This document shows, in pieces, positions 26,533 through 39,956 of a stretch of DNA of 64,000 nucleotides. Each line of letters begins with the position of its first letter. The stretch's first letter is position 1. This stretch comes from Eledone cirrhosa (taxonomy: Eukaryota): assembly GCA_964016885.1 (NCBI GenBank), contig OZ024742.1, positions 296,484,001-296,548,000 on the forward strand, written 5' to 3'. Made by a program: the position numbers and the translations under genes. A model generated the notes under the pieces. The model saw only the letters and a list, made by a program, of their open reading frames with translations. It made no database searches and was not told the DNA's origin.

Positions 26533-28350
26533 TTTTCTAACTGCTTTCTGAAATTCCGAGATCGTTTTCCGCTTTCCGAATGAGGTCTTCAGTTGAAAGA
26601 AATGTCACAAAAGTTTTCCTTCGCAGCACTCTTAGAATATAAACGATACTTTAAGAATGAAGGCTTCATTTCTTAAAGTTTGGTTGACTGCTCTGCGGAG
26701 AAATAAACCCATAAGATAAATAATGCTGCGTTGACGAAACATTTTCTTAAACGGAGACATTAGGGTGTTTAAAAATCATACATTATAAACAAAAAGTTCT
26801 AACAACAATAGATAAAAAAATGTTCGTTCACTAATTGTTACGTGAAGTCCGTTTTTAATTATCCACAAATACGACTGGCTCTCTGTGTATATGAGTATGC
26901 GCACTGAGCTGTGAACAGGTCCCATCTTGAGATTCTCATATTTGTTTGGCATTGTCGTTCACGCCCCTTTGTCTATGGCATGTCGTCAATGTTCTTAGAA
27001 GTCATCACCTGTGTCAATTGTATGTATAATCTTTCAGTGCTGGTGATATTGATGAGTCACTTCTTAATTTTACTGGAATAGTTGTCCTTGGTCATCTCCT
27101 ATCTGATTTATATCTGAAAAAAAAAATCGTGCAAAGAACTATTTGAATGTTAATGACCCTACCTAAAACTATAGAAAATACCAAAATGTTCCCTGTTTGT
27201 GGGGATGTTTATATCGTATCTTGGAATGTGTCTCAGTTATTCCCATTTAGCCTCCGTTTTTTTTTCTTTTTCTTTTATACAGGATCTTTGTATATCTCAT
27301 TTGAATATTTTTTCGGATAGCATATGTTGAAATAAAATCTCAAAATGCTATATTGCTCACCAACATTTCCAATTGCCACCATTTTCTGTTCAGGTTCATC
27401 GCCCAACCAACAGTTGATATCGCCCACTGCTCTGTGATATCAACCTTAGTCTATACTAATGCTTTGTGCCTTCCGCACATCAACAACTAATTGTGACATT
27501 GACCATCGATCAAACCAACCAGCCAACCAAACAATTCTGCTGACATATATATCTATATAAAGGTACAGATAATTATACTGCAAGATTCAGCGTTACGTCG
27601 TAAATCGAAAGTTAATAGCATTTAAGTATACTATAAAATATATACATAACATATAATTATATAATAATTGTTTCTGATTTAGACACAAGGCCAACAATTT
27701 TGGGGGAGGGGAAATTCGATTAAGTGCGCATTATTGGTATTATTTTATCGACCCCGTTAGGACGAAAAACACAGCTAACTTCTGCAAGATTTAATAATAA
27801 TGTATAATAATATACATATAATATTTTGAAAATGTTACGAATTTTTGGTCACACAGGATTATACTTATTTAACCTTTTCATTGCCATATTTCTAATAAAA
27901 AAAGACACTACTTGTGATTTTAGAATAATTTTGAAAATAACAAAAATGTGTTATGTTTACTAAATCATATATATATATATACATAAATAACATTACAAAT
28001 TGTTCACAATTCTTTTAGACTAAAATTACAAATATAATGTCATTGACAAACACAAATATAAACACATATAACAAATACAACCAAACATCGCCAGGAACCT
28101 CATAAAAACAACACATCAAAACATATGACCAGAGCGAAAGAAAGAGAAAAGAAAAACTAATCACGAATTTGGAATGATTTAACATAAAATTATGGAGGAA
28201 GGTAATTAGATAAATATAAACACTTTATAATAAATATCTTTGTCTAATAGAACTAGGGGTAGATTAGTTTGGTGTGTCATGAGTTAAACAGTATAGTTTT
28301 AGGCATTAATGTGTGCTAAAAATATTTGTTTCCCAACTATGTTTTTCTAG

Positions 28351-28377
28351 GTTCGATTTCACTCTGGAGCACCTTGG
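28351..28377 (+). other. Candidate 27-nt frame-preserving microexon
   Basis: TGTTTTTCTAG|GTTCGATTTCACTCTGGAGCACCTTGG|GTATGT; based on splice signals only. Confidence 0.25.
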
Positions 28378-30869
28378 GTATGTGTTTTTTAATGTAAGTT
28401 GGCCTGACCAATACTTTGTGAGTGAAATTTTGTTGGCAGAGACTGCAAAGAAGACTGTCATTATCACTTTATTGTCTGGTTTTTCATACTCGCAATGGTT
28501 CAAAGACATTTTTGACATGATTTGTCTCTTATAATATATAGGGGTATGGAGCATCTATTCTGAAAATATTTAGACACATAGAGAATATATCCTGATCAAT
28601 TTTACATCAGTATTTCTATGCTTGCATTGGTTACATGAAATTCTGTTATGTACATTTTCTCTATCTGTCACACTTGCCACATATATTTACTGTAAGTTAT
28701 ATTGCTTATGGGGACCATAAACAAATGTCCCTGATGACTTTATTAGAGGTGTTAATATGACGTTTGTGGTGACTAGCATGCACCCCACCCCTCTCCACTC
28801 ACACACACACATATCATCATCATCATTTAACATCCATTTTCCAGTGAACAAGCAAGGTCAGATGACTGTCTTGCTCATACAGAATTGATTTTGGCTTGGT
28901 TTCTATGGCTGGATGCCCTTCCTAAAACCAACCTTATTTACAATGTGTACTGGCTACCTTTTGTCATGACACAAACACGAATACTTTACAGTGTGCATTG
29001 GGTGCTTTTTATTGTGTCACCAACACACCCACTTTACAACAAAGCAATTTTCTTTGTGATTGAAGGGTAAATTTTATATTGAGGACTGCTCTGTTGTATG
29101 GCAGTGAAACATAGGTGATCAATATAGAGTAAATATGGAAGTTGGAGAGAAATGGGGGAAACATGTTCTGTTGGATATGCAGTAATAGTATGAAGAACAA
29201 TGAAGTGTGGCTGAATTTAGAAAAAGATTGGGTAGAAGAAGAATCAAAAGTTATGTGCAAGAGAGAATACACTGCTATGGACATGTAATGTGTATGGATG
29301 GTGAAGAATAGATGAGAGATATCAGTGGAAGGAATAGAGAGAAACTGAGAATAACCTGGGTAAAGGTGGTTAAAGCTGATCTAGAAAAGGACTAAACCTC
29401 ACAAAAAGAGTAAGGAAGGGGCAACATGTGTTGGAAATGACATGTCTAAGCCATGCAAGCATGAAAAAATTGTTGATAGTGATGATATTGTGGTCAGCTT
29501 TCTTACAGTTTCCACTTACCAACTACACATACATGGCATTACTTGGTGTAGGGCTGAAGAAAGTTTTCCAAGGTTACATGCAATAAGATTGAACCCCAAG
29601 CCATGCGATTCAGAAGAAAACATCTTCAACATGCAGCCATGCTTAACATATATGCCAAATTAATCTTACTGAAGCCAGGTTGTCTGAAAATGGCATGCAA
29701 ATGTTTCTGCATGTTACTCAGTTGAAATTAAATGTTATGTCATTGAGATAGCACAGTGATGGAATGTCTGATGTGGGAGACAGTGGAATTTATCTAAGCA
29801 AGCAGAATATGATTGGAGAGAGATGAAATGTCTCAATGAATCCATTAACTTTATACCGATATCTTTCTACTTTTAGTTTATATAAAATAGAGATACGCGA
29901 CTACAAGAATACTACCTTGATTCCCCAATGGCTGCCAATAACAGCCTAGATTTATGGTTTCATTAGGTTCTATGCATTCATAGCAGACATCTTCTATTCC
30001 ATATTTCTTTAGACAGTGAGCTTTTCTTTTGATTTAATGCAGTTCTGCTTTTAAAATCTGCAAACCATATGAACGAATAATAAATCAATAATTTTTTTCA
30101 CATATTAAAACCATATTTGTTGTTTTTCTTCTCATAATTCAGCCAATTTAGAAAAAAAAGAGGGAATCATGAATTTCATAGTCGTTTTATTTTGCATTCC
30201 ATTCTGATGGACAAATCAAAAGCTTTTTTAGTACCAACATAGTTAATGATGTAAGCATGGTAACATAATCCACCATCCAATTTAACACCACTACTTGGAT
30301 TTGGGGTGCCTTTAGTGGCGTCTACTACATTGTAAGCATCTGGGTCTAGTATTTGTTTTGAGGATAACTTCCTCTCTCCATCCTGCCAGTCTTGAAGGCC
30401 CAGAATTTGGTCAGGGGCACTGCCCTTTCTTCCATGTTTAAACAGTAAGAAAAGTATATATACCTGTACTAAGAAGTAAATGCTGCTTGACAATGGATAA
30501 TCCTTTTGCTAGCACATTTTTATTAAAAAAAACATTGCCTAGAATTTTCAAATAATTTTGAAAATAATCAGAAGTTGGAAGGGTTAAGTAACATAACTAA
30601 CCTTTGCATTATAAAGATGATGTTTGGAACAATGATTCTTACATAAAATGATGATGGAATGTTTTAGATAAATATAAACAACTAAAAATAAACAGCTTAG
30701 TATCATCATAGATCTGAATGAGGATAATGGGGTTCTTTAGCAGAGTCAAATTGGTTGTATTCATTTGAACCAGGCTTTTGTTTGCGGATTCCAATTGTTA
30801 ATAAACAAAATATTGATATCCTAAAGTCAGCCATTCTGTGTCCACAATTGAATAATAATAATAATGATG

Positions 30870-31085
30870 ATTTCTACTTTAGGCACAAGGCCAGCAATTT
30901 GAAGGAGCGGGGAAAGTTGATTAAATTGACCCCAGTACGTTACTGGTACTTTATTTTATCGACCCTGTAAGAATGAAAGGCAAAGTTAACCTCGGTGGGA
31001 TTTGAATTCAGATCGTAAAGGACCATAACTCTATGCTACAAAGCATGGTGTCCAACACTCTACCGATACTGCCAATCCACCGCCC

Positions 31086-31086
<1 letters not shown>
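30870..31086 (-). mobile_element. Meta-type SINE in an (AAT)n tract
   Basis: Full-length reverse-complement family match, with AAT repeats on both sides. Confidence 0.85.
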
Positions 31087-31126
<40 letters not shown>

Positions 31127-31639
31127 TTAATAATATTAATAACAATAATAATAACATGACTATAGATGAAGGCTATAAAGGGTGTTGTATGTTGAAAACA
31201 ATGTCATTTCATCAGAGATGACTTTATTTGTAGCCTTTCAGTTCAGTGTAAAATCATCTAGAAAAATGGGTTGAAGAAAAAATTGTTTTGGCTGGCTTTA
31301 AAGTAAACATCGATTGATGTATAATATAGAGCAATGTTAGAAGCTTCCCTTTGTTAATATATTTTTGTTATTGTTTGTTGTTGTTTGTCAATAATTCATT
31401 CATTTCTTCATGTTTAAACAAATGATAGAAAATAATGTCAAAATATTATGAGTTAAGATGCCACACACTCAATGAAAAAAAAAACCTGTTAGCTCATTCT
31501 TTGAACATTTTTTAAAGCATTTTTTGTTGATATTTTAGTTTATATATTTTTGTTGTTGTAGCTCTTGTTGTTGGTATCCAATATCACAATTTTCATTTGA
31601 TATTTATTTATTTATCTATTTATTAAGTCATCATTATTA

Positions 31640-31695
<56 letters not shown>

Positions 31696-32542
31696 TTGTT
31701 ATTTATTTTATTAGTTTCTTTTAATGAAACTATTGAAAGTATTGTTATATTTTATCGATAACTATGGTGATGTTTAATCTGTAAAAGTAACATATTTCCC
31801 TTTATTATAGACAGTATTAAGTCGTATTTTGTTGCTGTTTGATTTTCAGTATATGTTGTATCATTTATGATTTGAGGTTACTATGAAAGTAACAATATAT
31901 AAACAAATAAATAACTAGATAAATGAATAATGTATGAATGGAGGAAGGAAGGAAGAAATGATTGAGTGTTATTTCTCTATGGGAATTAATCTTATTTTAA
32001 ATTCTTGATAGAAATTAAAATTTAAGTAACTAAATATATAAGAAGATTATGACAAAAGAGGTGTAAAGCTAGACAAAAAGATAGACTATGTATATTATAA
32101 AATTTAGATTCTAGAGATGGGTGGGTATTGCTAATAACTAAATGTTTAGATTTGTACCAATGATGTCATTAAGAAAACTAACCCTCTCATTTGCAATCAA
32201 GTATGACTTTGGCTCATGTACTATGTTTTCTGTAATAGTTTTGGGTGTTCAAATAGTCGTGAGAAGATACAGAAACCCTCTCAAACCTCTCACTCTTGAT
32301 CTATCAAAACATCCAGTATTGGGCTCTTATTTTCATTATCAGTCCTGAAAGTATGAAAAGCAAAATTTACTTCAGTAGGATTTGAACTTGGAGCTCAGGG
32401 CGTCTGAACAAATATTGGAATGCATTTTATTCATCAATCTTGTGACTCGATCAATAGAGAAAGAAGGATTAATTTCTTTAAAAATATTGGATAATATTTG
32501 CTATCTATAAAATAAGAGTTGTTATTATTACCCAGGCAAGGA

Positions 32543-32764
32543 GGGCAGTGAATTGGCAGTATCAGTAGAGGGTCGAACTCCAAGCTTTGCAGCATAGAGT
32601 TATGGCCCTTTATGATATGAGTTCAAATCCCACCGAGGTTAACTTTGCCTTTCATCCTTATGGGGTCAATAAAATAAAGTACCAGTCATGCACTGGGGGC
32701 GATTTAATCGACTTCCCCTCCCCAAAAATTGATGGCCTTGTGCCTATATAAGAAATCATTATTA
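32543..32764 (+). mobile_element. Meta-type SINE nested at the head of an older related SINE
   Basis: TSD ATTATTACCCAGGCAAGGA at 32524-32542 and 32758-32776. An older SINE head continues after 32776. Confidence 0.85.
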
Positions 32765-34371
32765 CCCAGGCAAGGACAGTGGATTGGCAGAATCACCAGA
32801 GCATCAGACAAAATGCTTTGCAGCATTTAGTTATGTCCCTTTACATTCCACGCTCAAATACCACTATTGCTAATTCACAGGATTGGTAAGCAAAGCAAAG
32901 TAGACCTTTGAACTGATGGATCTCTCAGTATACAAATTGAACCCCAACTGAAGATCAGAGTAAAGATGTTTGAATGACAAGGTGTTCTTGGTCCTTTACA
33001 GTCTATATCCCAATAACACTGCCACTGAGAGTTACATAATTTTATAAATAAAGTGACATTAGGATAGAGCTGTTAAATCAACAAATAGAATTATGTTGTG
33101 GTATTCCTTCTTCCTTCATGTGTTTTGAGTTCTAATCCGGCTGAAGTCAACTTTTACTCTCATCTTTCTGGTGTTGATTAATAAAATAACAGTACAGTAC
33201 CGGTATAGATGCTTCCCCTCTCCTCTTTTTAGTTTCTTTCATTTTCTCCTTCTCTTGAAGAAACTGGCTGTGTTCAGACATAGAGAGAGATAGACAATAT
33301 CATGTTTAGAATGCCCAAGATACATTGTCTATCATAACTATGCCTCAATGATTCTATCAAAGTTAAAGTCAGATAATTATATTTAAAAGAATTATAATTT
33401 TTTTAAATATAAAAAATGTTGGACACTAATGGAAATGGTTATGAATTACATGAATATCATAGACTGGCTAAAATAACAATCCTGGAGGATAAAAAAGTAA
33501 ATATATATAATATAAAGTAAATATATATAATATAAACTATTGCACTTGGTAAAATGTCATGAACCAGATTAATAAGAAATGAAAAAAAAAAGAAATAAAG
33601 AAATATATAATTTCATTTTCCATTTCATGAGTATCAAAATGACTACAGGTAGTTTTGTAGAATCTGGAGAGAATATTCTTTGCATGTATGTATGTTTGTA
33701 TGTTCTTGTGATTATTACATGTTTGTAAATATATACATGCATGTCTATAAATGTATACTAACATTACTTAATTTCTGCACATGGTGGTTCCATTCAGACC
33801 ACCACCAGCAGATTGGAATTGTAGAAACTGGTGCATTGGTCTGGGTAACTCCAATTTCCTACCTACACGAAGTTTTCTGCCTTACTGATTAATGTATACG
33901 TGTACACTCTAAATGGTTAGGTTCAAATAGAAATGTTCTTGATCAAATTTCAGATGAGATGATGTAGCCACGTTTTGAGAATGAATGATGAAAGAATCCC
34001 AAAGTAAGTCTTATTTAGTCAACTTTAAGGCTCATGTGAGAAAAGTAGGCTGTCCACAACTTCTCTTTAAACTGAAGCTTAGGGACAATTTGAAACGTCT
34101 GAATATGAATATTAACAGCATCGTCTGACAAAATATATTTTTACCTTTTTCAAGAAAATCCATATAAATTGCATTGTATTGGAAATTGACTACATTTACA
34201 ACCAAAATGCATATGTACATTAGAAAACCCATGTAGTTTTTGCTTAAAAAATCAGCCAGTTCGACATTAAAAAGCTGGAGGTTAAGGGAAAAGTTATATA
34301 TATCATTGTCATCATCATCATCGTTTTTACATCTGCTTTTCCATGCTTGCATGGGTTGGACAAATTATATA

Positions 34372-34373
34372 TT

Positions 34374-34471
<98 letters not shown>

Positions 34472-34472
34472 C

Positions 34473-34513
<41 letters not shown>

Positions 34514-34778
34514 TATATATATATACACACCTACTCATATATATGTGTGCGTGTATGTTTCATGATTTGAAATTAATTTCACAGCTCCATTACTCATGCT
34601 TCATGGCATCTGAAGGCATTTTTTGGATACCATAATTGTATTTTGTCATACACAATTACTCGCACATACATACATACTTACTTACATATATATATATTGT
34701 GTGCTAAGCCGTCGCAGTGGATGATAAAGTTATATCTCTATATCTCCAGAGCAGAAGTAACTAATACAGCGTAAATGA

Positions 34779-34857
<79 letters not shown>
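34372..34857. repeat. Long (TA)n/(TG)n microsatellites
   Basis: Tracts at 34372-34530 and 34782-34857. Confidence 0.95.
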
Positions 34858-34861
<4 letters not shown>

Positions 34862-34960
34862 TGTAAACATGCTACATATACGTTTTTCTTTCTAGATTGA
34901 AAAATGATAAATACATTTAATCGTTTTTTTGATCTTACTCAGTCATTATTAGAAAGTATG

Positions 34961-35175
34961 TGGATTGGCAGTATCGGTTGAGGGTCAGACACCATCATTT
35001 GCAACATACAGTTATGGTCCTTTATGATCTGAGTTCAAATCCCGCCGAGGCTAACTTTGTCTTTCATCCTTACGGAGTCGATAAAATAAAGTACCAGTCT
35101 CGCACTGGGGTCGATTTAATCGACACTCCCCTCCCCTAAAATTGCTGGCCTTGTGCCTATATAAGAAACCATTAT
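34961..35175 (+). mobile_element. Meta-type SINE
   Basis: TSD CATTATTAGAAAGTATG at 34944-34960 and 35170-35186. Confidence 0.85.
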
Positions 35176-37065
35176 TAGAAAGTATGCCTACCATCTAAAC
35201 AACCACAAGGAAATACATAGTGGTGAGGGGGGCTTATATAACCCACTGCTTGTAGTAATATCTTGAAATGGATGTAATATTTTGCATATTATTAGAACTA
35301 ATGTTATTAGTTTTGATATAAAATTAAGTTATGCACTAAGCAGCCAAATTGTATGATAAATTTATTGATTAAAGATGTTTATGATGTTTTCAATTTACTG
35401 AGAATTTCGTACATTTGGTATATTTCTATACAATAACTTTGTCATTCATGTCAGCTCCTTAGCACATAACTTAATCATCATTATTATCATCACTATTTAA
35501 TGTCCATTTTCCACTCTAGCATGGGTTAGACAGGTTGTCCTTTTTGAAGCAGTTGGGTCCGGTGATGGTGCCTTGCTCACACAGAATTGTTTCTGGCTTG
35601 GTTTCTATGGTTGGATGCCCATCTAACCATAGAAACCAAACCAGAAACAGTTCTATGTGTGCAAGACACAGTCACCAGACCCAAATTGCCTTAATTAACT
35701 ACCAACGCAAGCTGTAATAATATATAAATGAGTTCCTTTATTTCAGTAAACCACTATAAATATCATATATAAGGTCCTCGGTTATATTTCCGTTATGGTT
35801 GTTTAGACTATATACATGCCTTATTATGAGGACGCAATTACGTCCAAAAATCATTTAAAGGTAGTTATTATTTTCTCAATTTATAAGGAAATACATATCT
35901 TTGGCACTTTTATATTCTTAAAATGTGTACATTTTTATACACATTTGTAGCCGCTTGGTTACTTCTATTCTGTATATATATAGATATAACTTCATCATAG
36001 TTACATGAATACTATCACCGACATATATATATATATATATGTGTGGAAGATGGACGTTAAACGATGATGATATACATACACACATGTGTACATGTATATG
36101 TATTTTATATGTAATATGTTCTTCATAATCATCATCGTTTTGCAACCATTTTCCTTACTATTAAGGGTTAGCATGCCATCACAAACCAAGTCAGTACTTA
36201 GTTGGAGCTACATATTTTTTTGCACACTACAGAGTGTACTGGATGTGTTTTATTATGGCACCAGCATTTGTGTGCCCTCATATTCTTTTGGGTTGACTTG
36301 AGGATATCCTGCAGTAGTAGTGCATTGACTTGCAGTAATCTCTTCCTTAGATCTGTACATTTGTTTCCTATATTTTAGTCCCATTCCTGACCAGAAATAC
36401 TTGGTGTTCATAGCCATTTGTATGTTTAAGTTAGTGGAAAAAGCACAGACAGACAACTCTATATTCTGACAATAATATGATATTATACTTTTGCATGTCC
36501 TGTAAAAACGATTCTACTAGACAGAATTGTGAATGTGGAACTTCAGAGGATGTTGAGAGAGATGCAGAACAAAGTCAAGTTCATTTTTATGTCACTCTCT
36601 ATTGTTTTAATAACGGAGTCATTTTGAACATATTCCAAAACAAAACAAAATTAAAAACAAAAAACAGGATAATCAAGGGTCCACCATTTTTTAACAATGT
36701 CTGCTCAATCAACAACATGAATAACAAAATCTTGAACACAGTATACAATCCACATACCTTCACTCTATCATTTTAACTCTCTTATCAGATTTCTTTTATT
36801 TGTGCTGACATTTACAATAGTTAAACATGGGATTTAGAATCTAAATAATTTTTACATAGAGAGTTTTAACCTCACGTCGTCATTTCTCAAAGATCACTGA
36901 ACTAAATTCAAAATTTTAAGTACTTTGTTAAAATCATTTTAAGTACTTTGTTAAAATCATGATATGCACACGAATATTAGGTTTCTATTCTTTTCTGAAC
37001 ATAAAAATCTTTCTCTTTTGATTGTTATTCTCCCAGTATCATAATCTGGGAAGGGGAGTAAAATC

Positions 37066-37364
37066 TAAAAGTCCAAGTGTAAAGTCTGTCATAAGCCATT
37101 TAAGGCCTGTAAGGTTGATGCTTATCCCGGTTTTATGGCATGAAGCAACTGAGAGTACAAGACTTCCTTTAGACAGGATGCCAGTCCATTGCAGAATTAC
37201 ACCCCCAGCTATTGCTGGAACTCGTTTTCAGCTGAGTATACTGGAGCAACGTGAAATGAAATGTTTTGTTCAAGAACACAATATGCAACCCAACCCAGGA
37301 ATCGAAGCCACAACATTATGATCATAAGTCCTACACCCTTACCACTAGGCCACATGCCTCCGCT
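37066..37364 (-). mobile_element. CORE-type tRNA SINE with a different 3' body; 12-bp TSD
   Basis: A box TGGCCTAGTGG, B-box-like CTTCGATTCC, CORE-like block. TSD GGGAGTAAAATC at 37054-37065 and 37365-37376. Confidence 0.8.
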
Positions 37365-38044
37365 GGGAGTAAAATCCGTGGGAAAAATCTATTTAAATAA
37401 AAGGAATCTTTGGTAGTGAAAAGTTGGGAACAATTGTCTTAGTTAAATGGAAACAAAAATGCACTCCTTCTATAGAGCATGAATTTTAATTTAGATCAAT
37501 AATAAGTAATGTAATTGCTGTGTCTATAGTACCTATAGTCAGTGGCAGACTGAGTTTAAAAATATTGGTTGCCAGGAGATGAAGGGGGCCCACCTACATA
37601 TAGAATGCTATACTTTTGTAGCTGCCTTGGCAGCCTAGTTGGAGGAATCATAGACGGTGGTGATCCTGGTCTGAAGTTCAATCCTGGTCGGGTGTAGGGT
37701 TCCCAGTAAACCTTTTCAGTTTTTTTTCTATGGGATGTAAAATAAAAACCAAAAAAGATTACATGCACCTCTTGACAAGGATTGAACCCAAGGCCAGGAT
37801 CTCCACCATCTCTAGTAAAAATTTCAAAATTTTCAAAACAAAAGCAAGTGTTGTTGTTTATGTCTTTCTTAATGTTATTGTTTCTACTTCAGATTGACTT
37901 CTAAATCATTTGGCTGTTCCATAAACTACATACTCATTTTGGTTTTCATCTATCTACACTATATTTTAACATGTAATCCATGTTTCATTTCTGTTGCACC
38001 ACGTTTCTCCCCCTCCTCCCTCTCTTTTTCTCTCTGTGATATTA

Positions 38045-38526
38045 CCAAAGAGCCAGAAGATTGACAAGTCGATCCTAAATATGACTACTAGCCATGAATG
38101 ACACCACATCTTTTTAACTTTGATTTTGAAAGTAAGTTTATAATTATTAATTTTCATTATACTTTTGTAGCTGTCTCGGTGGCATAGTTGGAGAGATCAT
38201 AGACGGTGGTGATCCTGGTGTGAAATTTGATCCTGGTCATACTTATAAACCTATTTTCAAAACATTTTTTTTCTATGGGATGTAAAATAAAAACTGAAAA
38301 AGATTACATGCACCACTTGACCAGGATTGAACCAAAGGCCAGCATTTCCACCGTCTCCAGCACCTACCACTAGGCAACTGACACAACTATGAAAATCTAA
38401 TGAAAATTCATACTTATAAAGCTACTTTCAAAATTTTCAAAACAAAATCATGTGGTGTTGTTCATGTCGTTCATAACATTTTTTGCTCCTACTTAAGGTT
38501 GACTTCTAAATCATTTGAGTGTTCCA

Positions 38527-38527
<1 letters not shown>
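38045..38527. mobile_element. Palindromic element with two convergent tRNA-like (A/B box) arms; partial tandem copy at 37608-37925
   Basis: Left arm 38045-38240 is an imperfect reverse complement of 38318-38527. The right arm reads TGCCTAGTGG...GGTTCAATCC on the minus strand. Confidence 0.7.
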
Positions 38528-38580
<53 letters not shown>

Positions 38581-38720
38581 CACCACATTCACCACTAAAT
38601 GATTTGACAGATGTCTTTGACCCATTGATACCAAACATTATTTGGTCAGTAGTTCATATGTGTAAGTATATATATATGTATATATGCAAACATACAGATA
38701 TAGACACACACAAGCATATA

Positions 38721-39956
38721 TCATCATCATCATCGTCATCATCATTTTACTTCCGCTTTTCCCTGTTTGCAAGGGTTGGACGGGTCCTATTCAGCACAGC
38801 ATCTCTCCACTTGTCACGGTCCTTCGTCATCTTCTCGGTGAGTTTCAGCGATCTGAGGTCTGCTCTCACTACCTCTGCCCATGTTTTTTGTGGTCTACCT
38901 CTACTGCGTCTTCCCTCCATTAGAACTTCTAGGCACTTCTTCACCCAGCGGTCATCCTCCATGCGCATCACATGTCCATACCAGCTCAGCCTTCTCTCCT
39001 GCACACCACCACTTATCCCTCTTATACCCAGTTTCTTTCTCAACTCGTCTATGCTTGGTCGTTCACGCACATTGACATTGCACATCCAACGAAGCATACT
39101 AGCTTCATTTCTCTCCAGTCATCGCATATCCTCTGCAGTTGCTGCCCATGTCTCACTACCATACAGCATCGGGCACCTCACACAGGCATCATATAACCGT
39201 CCTTTTGTACACAGGGAGAAACCCTTCTTTGTCAACAGAGGAAGCAGCTCCCTAAACTTCTTCCAACCCATCCTTATTCTAGATACTATGGCCTCGGAGC
39301 ACCCTCCTCCCATGCTAATCTGATCACCTAGGTACCGGAAGCTATCAACCACTTCTATAGAACCCACCTGCATTGGAAAAATGAGTCTAACACAGTGATT
39401 ACTACTGCCAACTTTCCCTATACATCTACTGCATACATAGTTTTCCCTACCTGTTAGTTTACCTGCTATCCCACTACATCTCTTGTGTACCCAAGATCTG
39501 CATTGCGTGCATTTTATGGAATTTATGCCAACTCCTTTTCTACATATCGAACATGGCCATTTCCCTGATGGAATCAGAGTATTGTCCTCTCTTCTACTTA
39601 TCAACACTTTTGTTTTAGCTAGGTTCCCTCTCAGGCCTCTTGATTCCAACTGCTGTTTCCATAGCCAGAATTTATGCTCTAGCTCCTCTACTGATTCTGC
39701 TATAAGAACCAGATCATCAGCATAGAGAAGTTCCCATGGGCAGCCAGTCTTAAACTCCTCTGTTATGGCTTGGAGGACTATAATGAACAAGAGTGGGCTG
39801 AGGACCGAACCTTGATGTACACCTACTTGTATCTGGAATTCCTCACTAAGCTCCATTCCTATTCTCACTTTACTGACAGCACCCCTGTACATAGCTTGCA
39901 CTGTCCTCACAAGCCATTCCTCTACACCTAGTTTCCTTAGGGACCACCAGATGACA
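38721..39956 (-). mobile_element. 5'-truncated RTE-type LINE (RT C-terminal half, thumb, 3' tail)
   Basis: GVHQGSVLSPLLF, LLYADD, NLAKTK, FRYLG, YGSETW, RLSWYGHVMRM, RSRGRP. There is one nonsense codon at 39119-39121 with the frame continuing to 38747, and a (GAT)n tail. Confidence 0.92.

Larger units (their letters stand above)
23975..27440 (-). mobile_element. Decayed hAT (Charlie/Buster/SPIN-like) DNA transposon with nested SINEs
   Basis: TIR-like CAGGGCTTTCCAGCCTTTTT at 23975. Minus-strand remnants YHAEVRWLSQG, HCVIHQQHLVAK, NGAPAIVG, QVNEST and RIPLSNNTI between ~24330 and 25660. The right end is uncertain. Confidence 0.78.

Noticed and set aside
30176-30493. 105-aa minus-strand ORF in GC-richer unique DNA
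   Set aside because: No recognisable motif and no convincing splice pair; it cannot be supported without a search.
33494-33536. Short exact tandem duplications (also at 5336-5381, 36913-36960, 55951-56026)
   Set aside because: These are ordinary 20-40-bp slippage duplications with no sign of function.
38400-39323. 307-aa + strand ORF as a gene
   Set aside because: It is the antisense shadow of the RTE LINE plus microsatellite.
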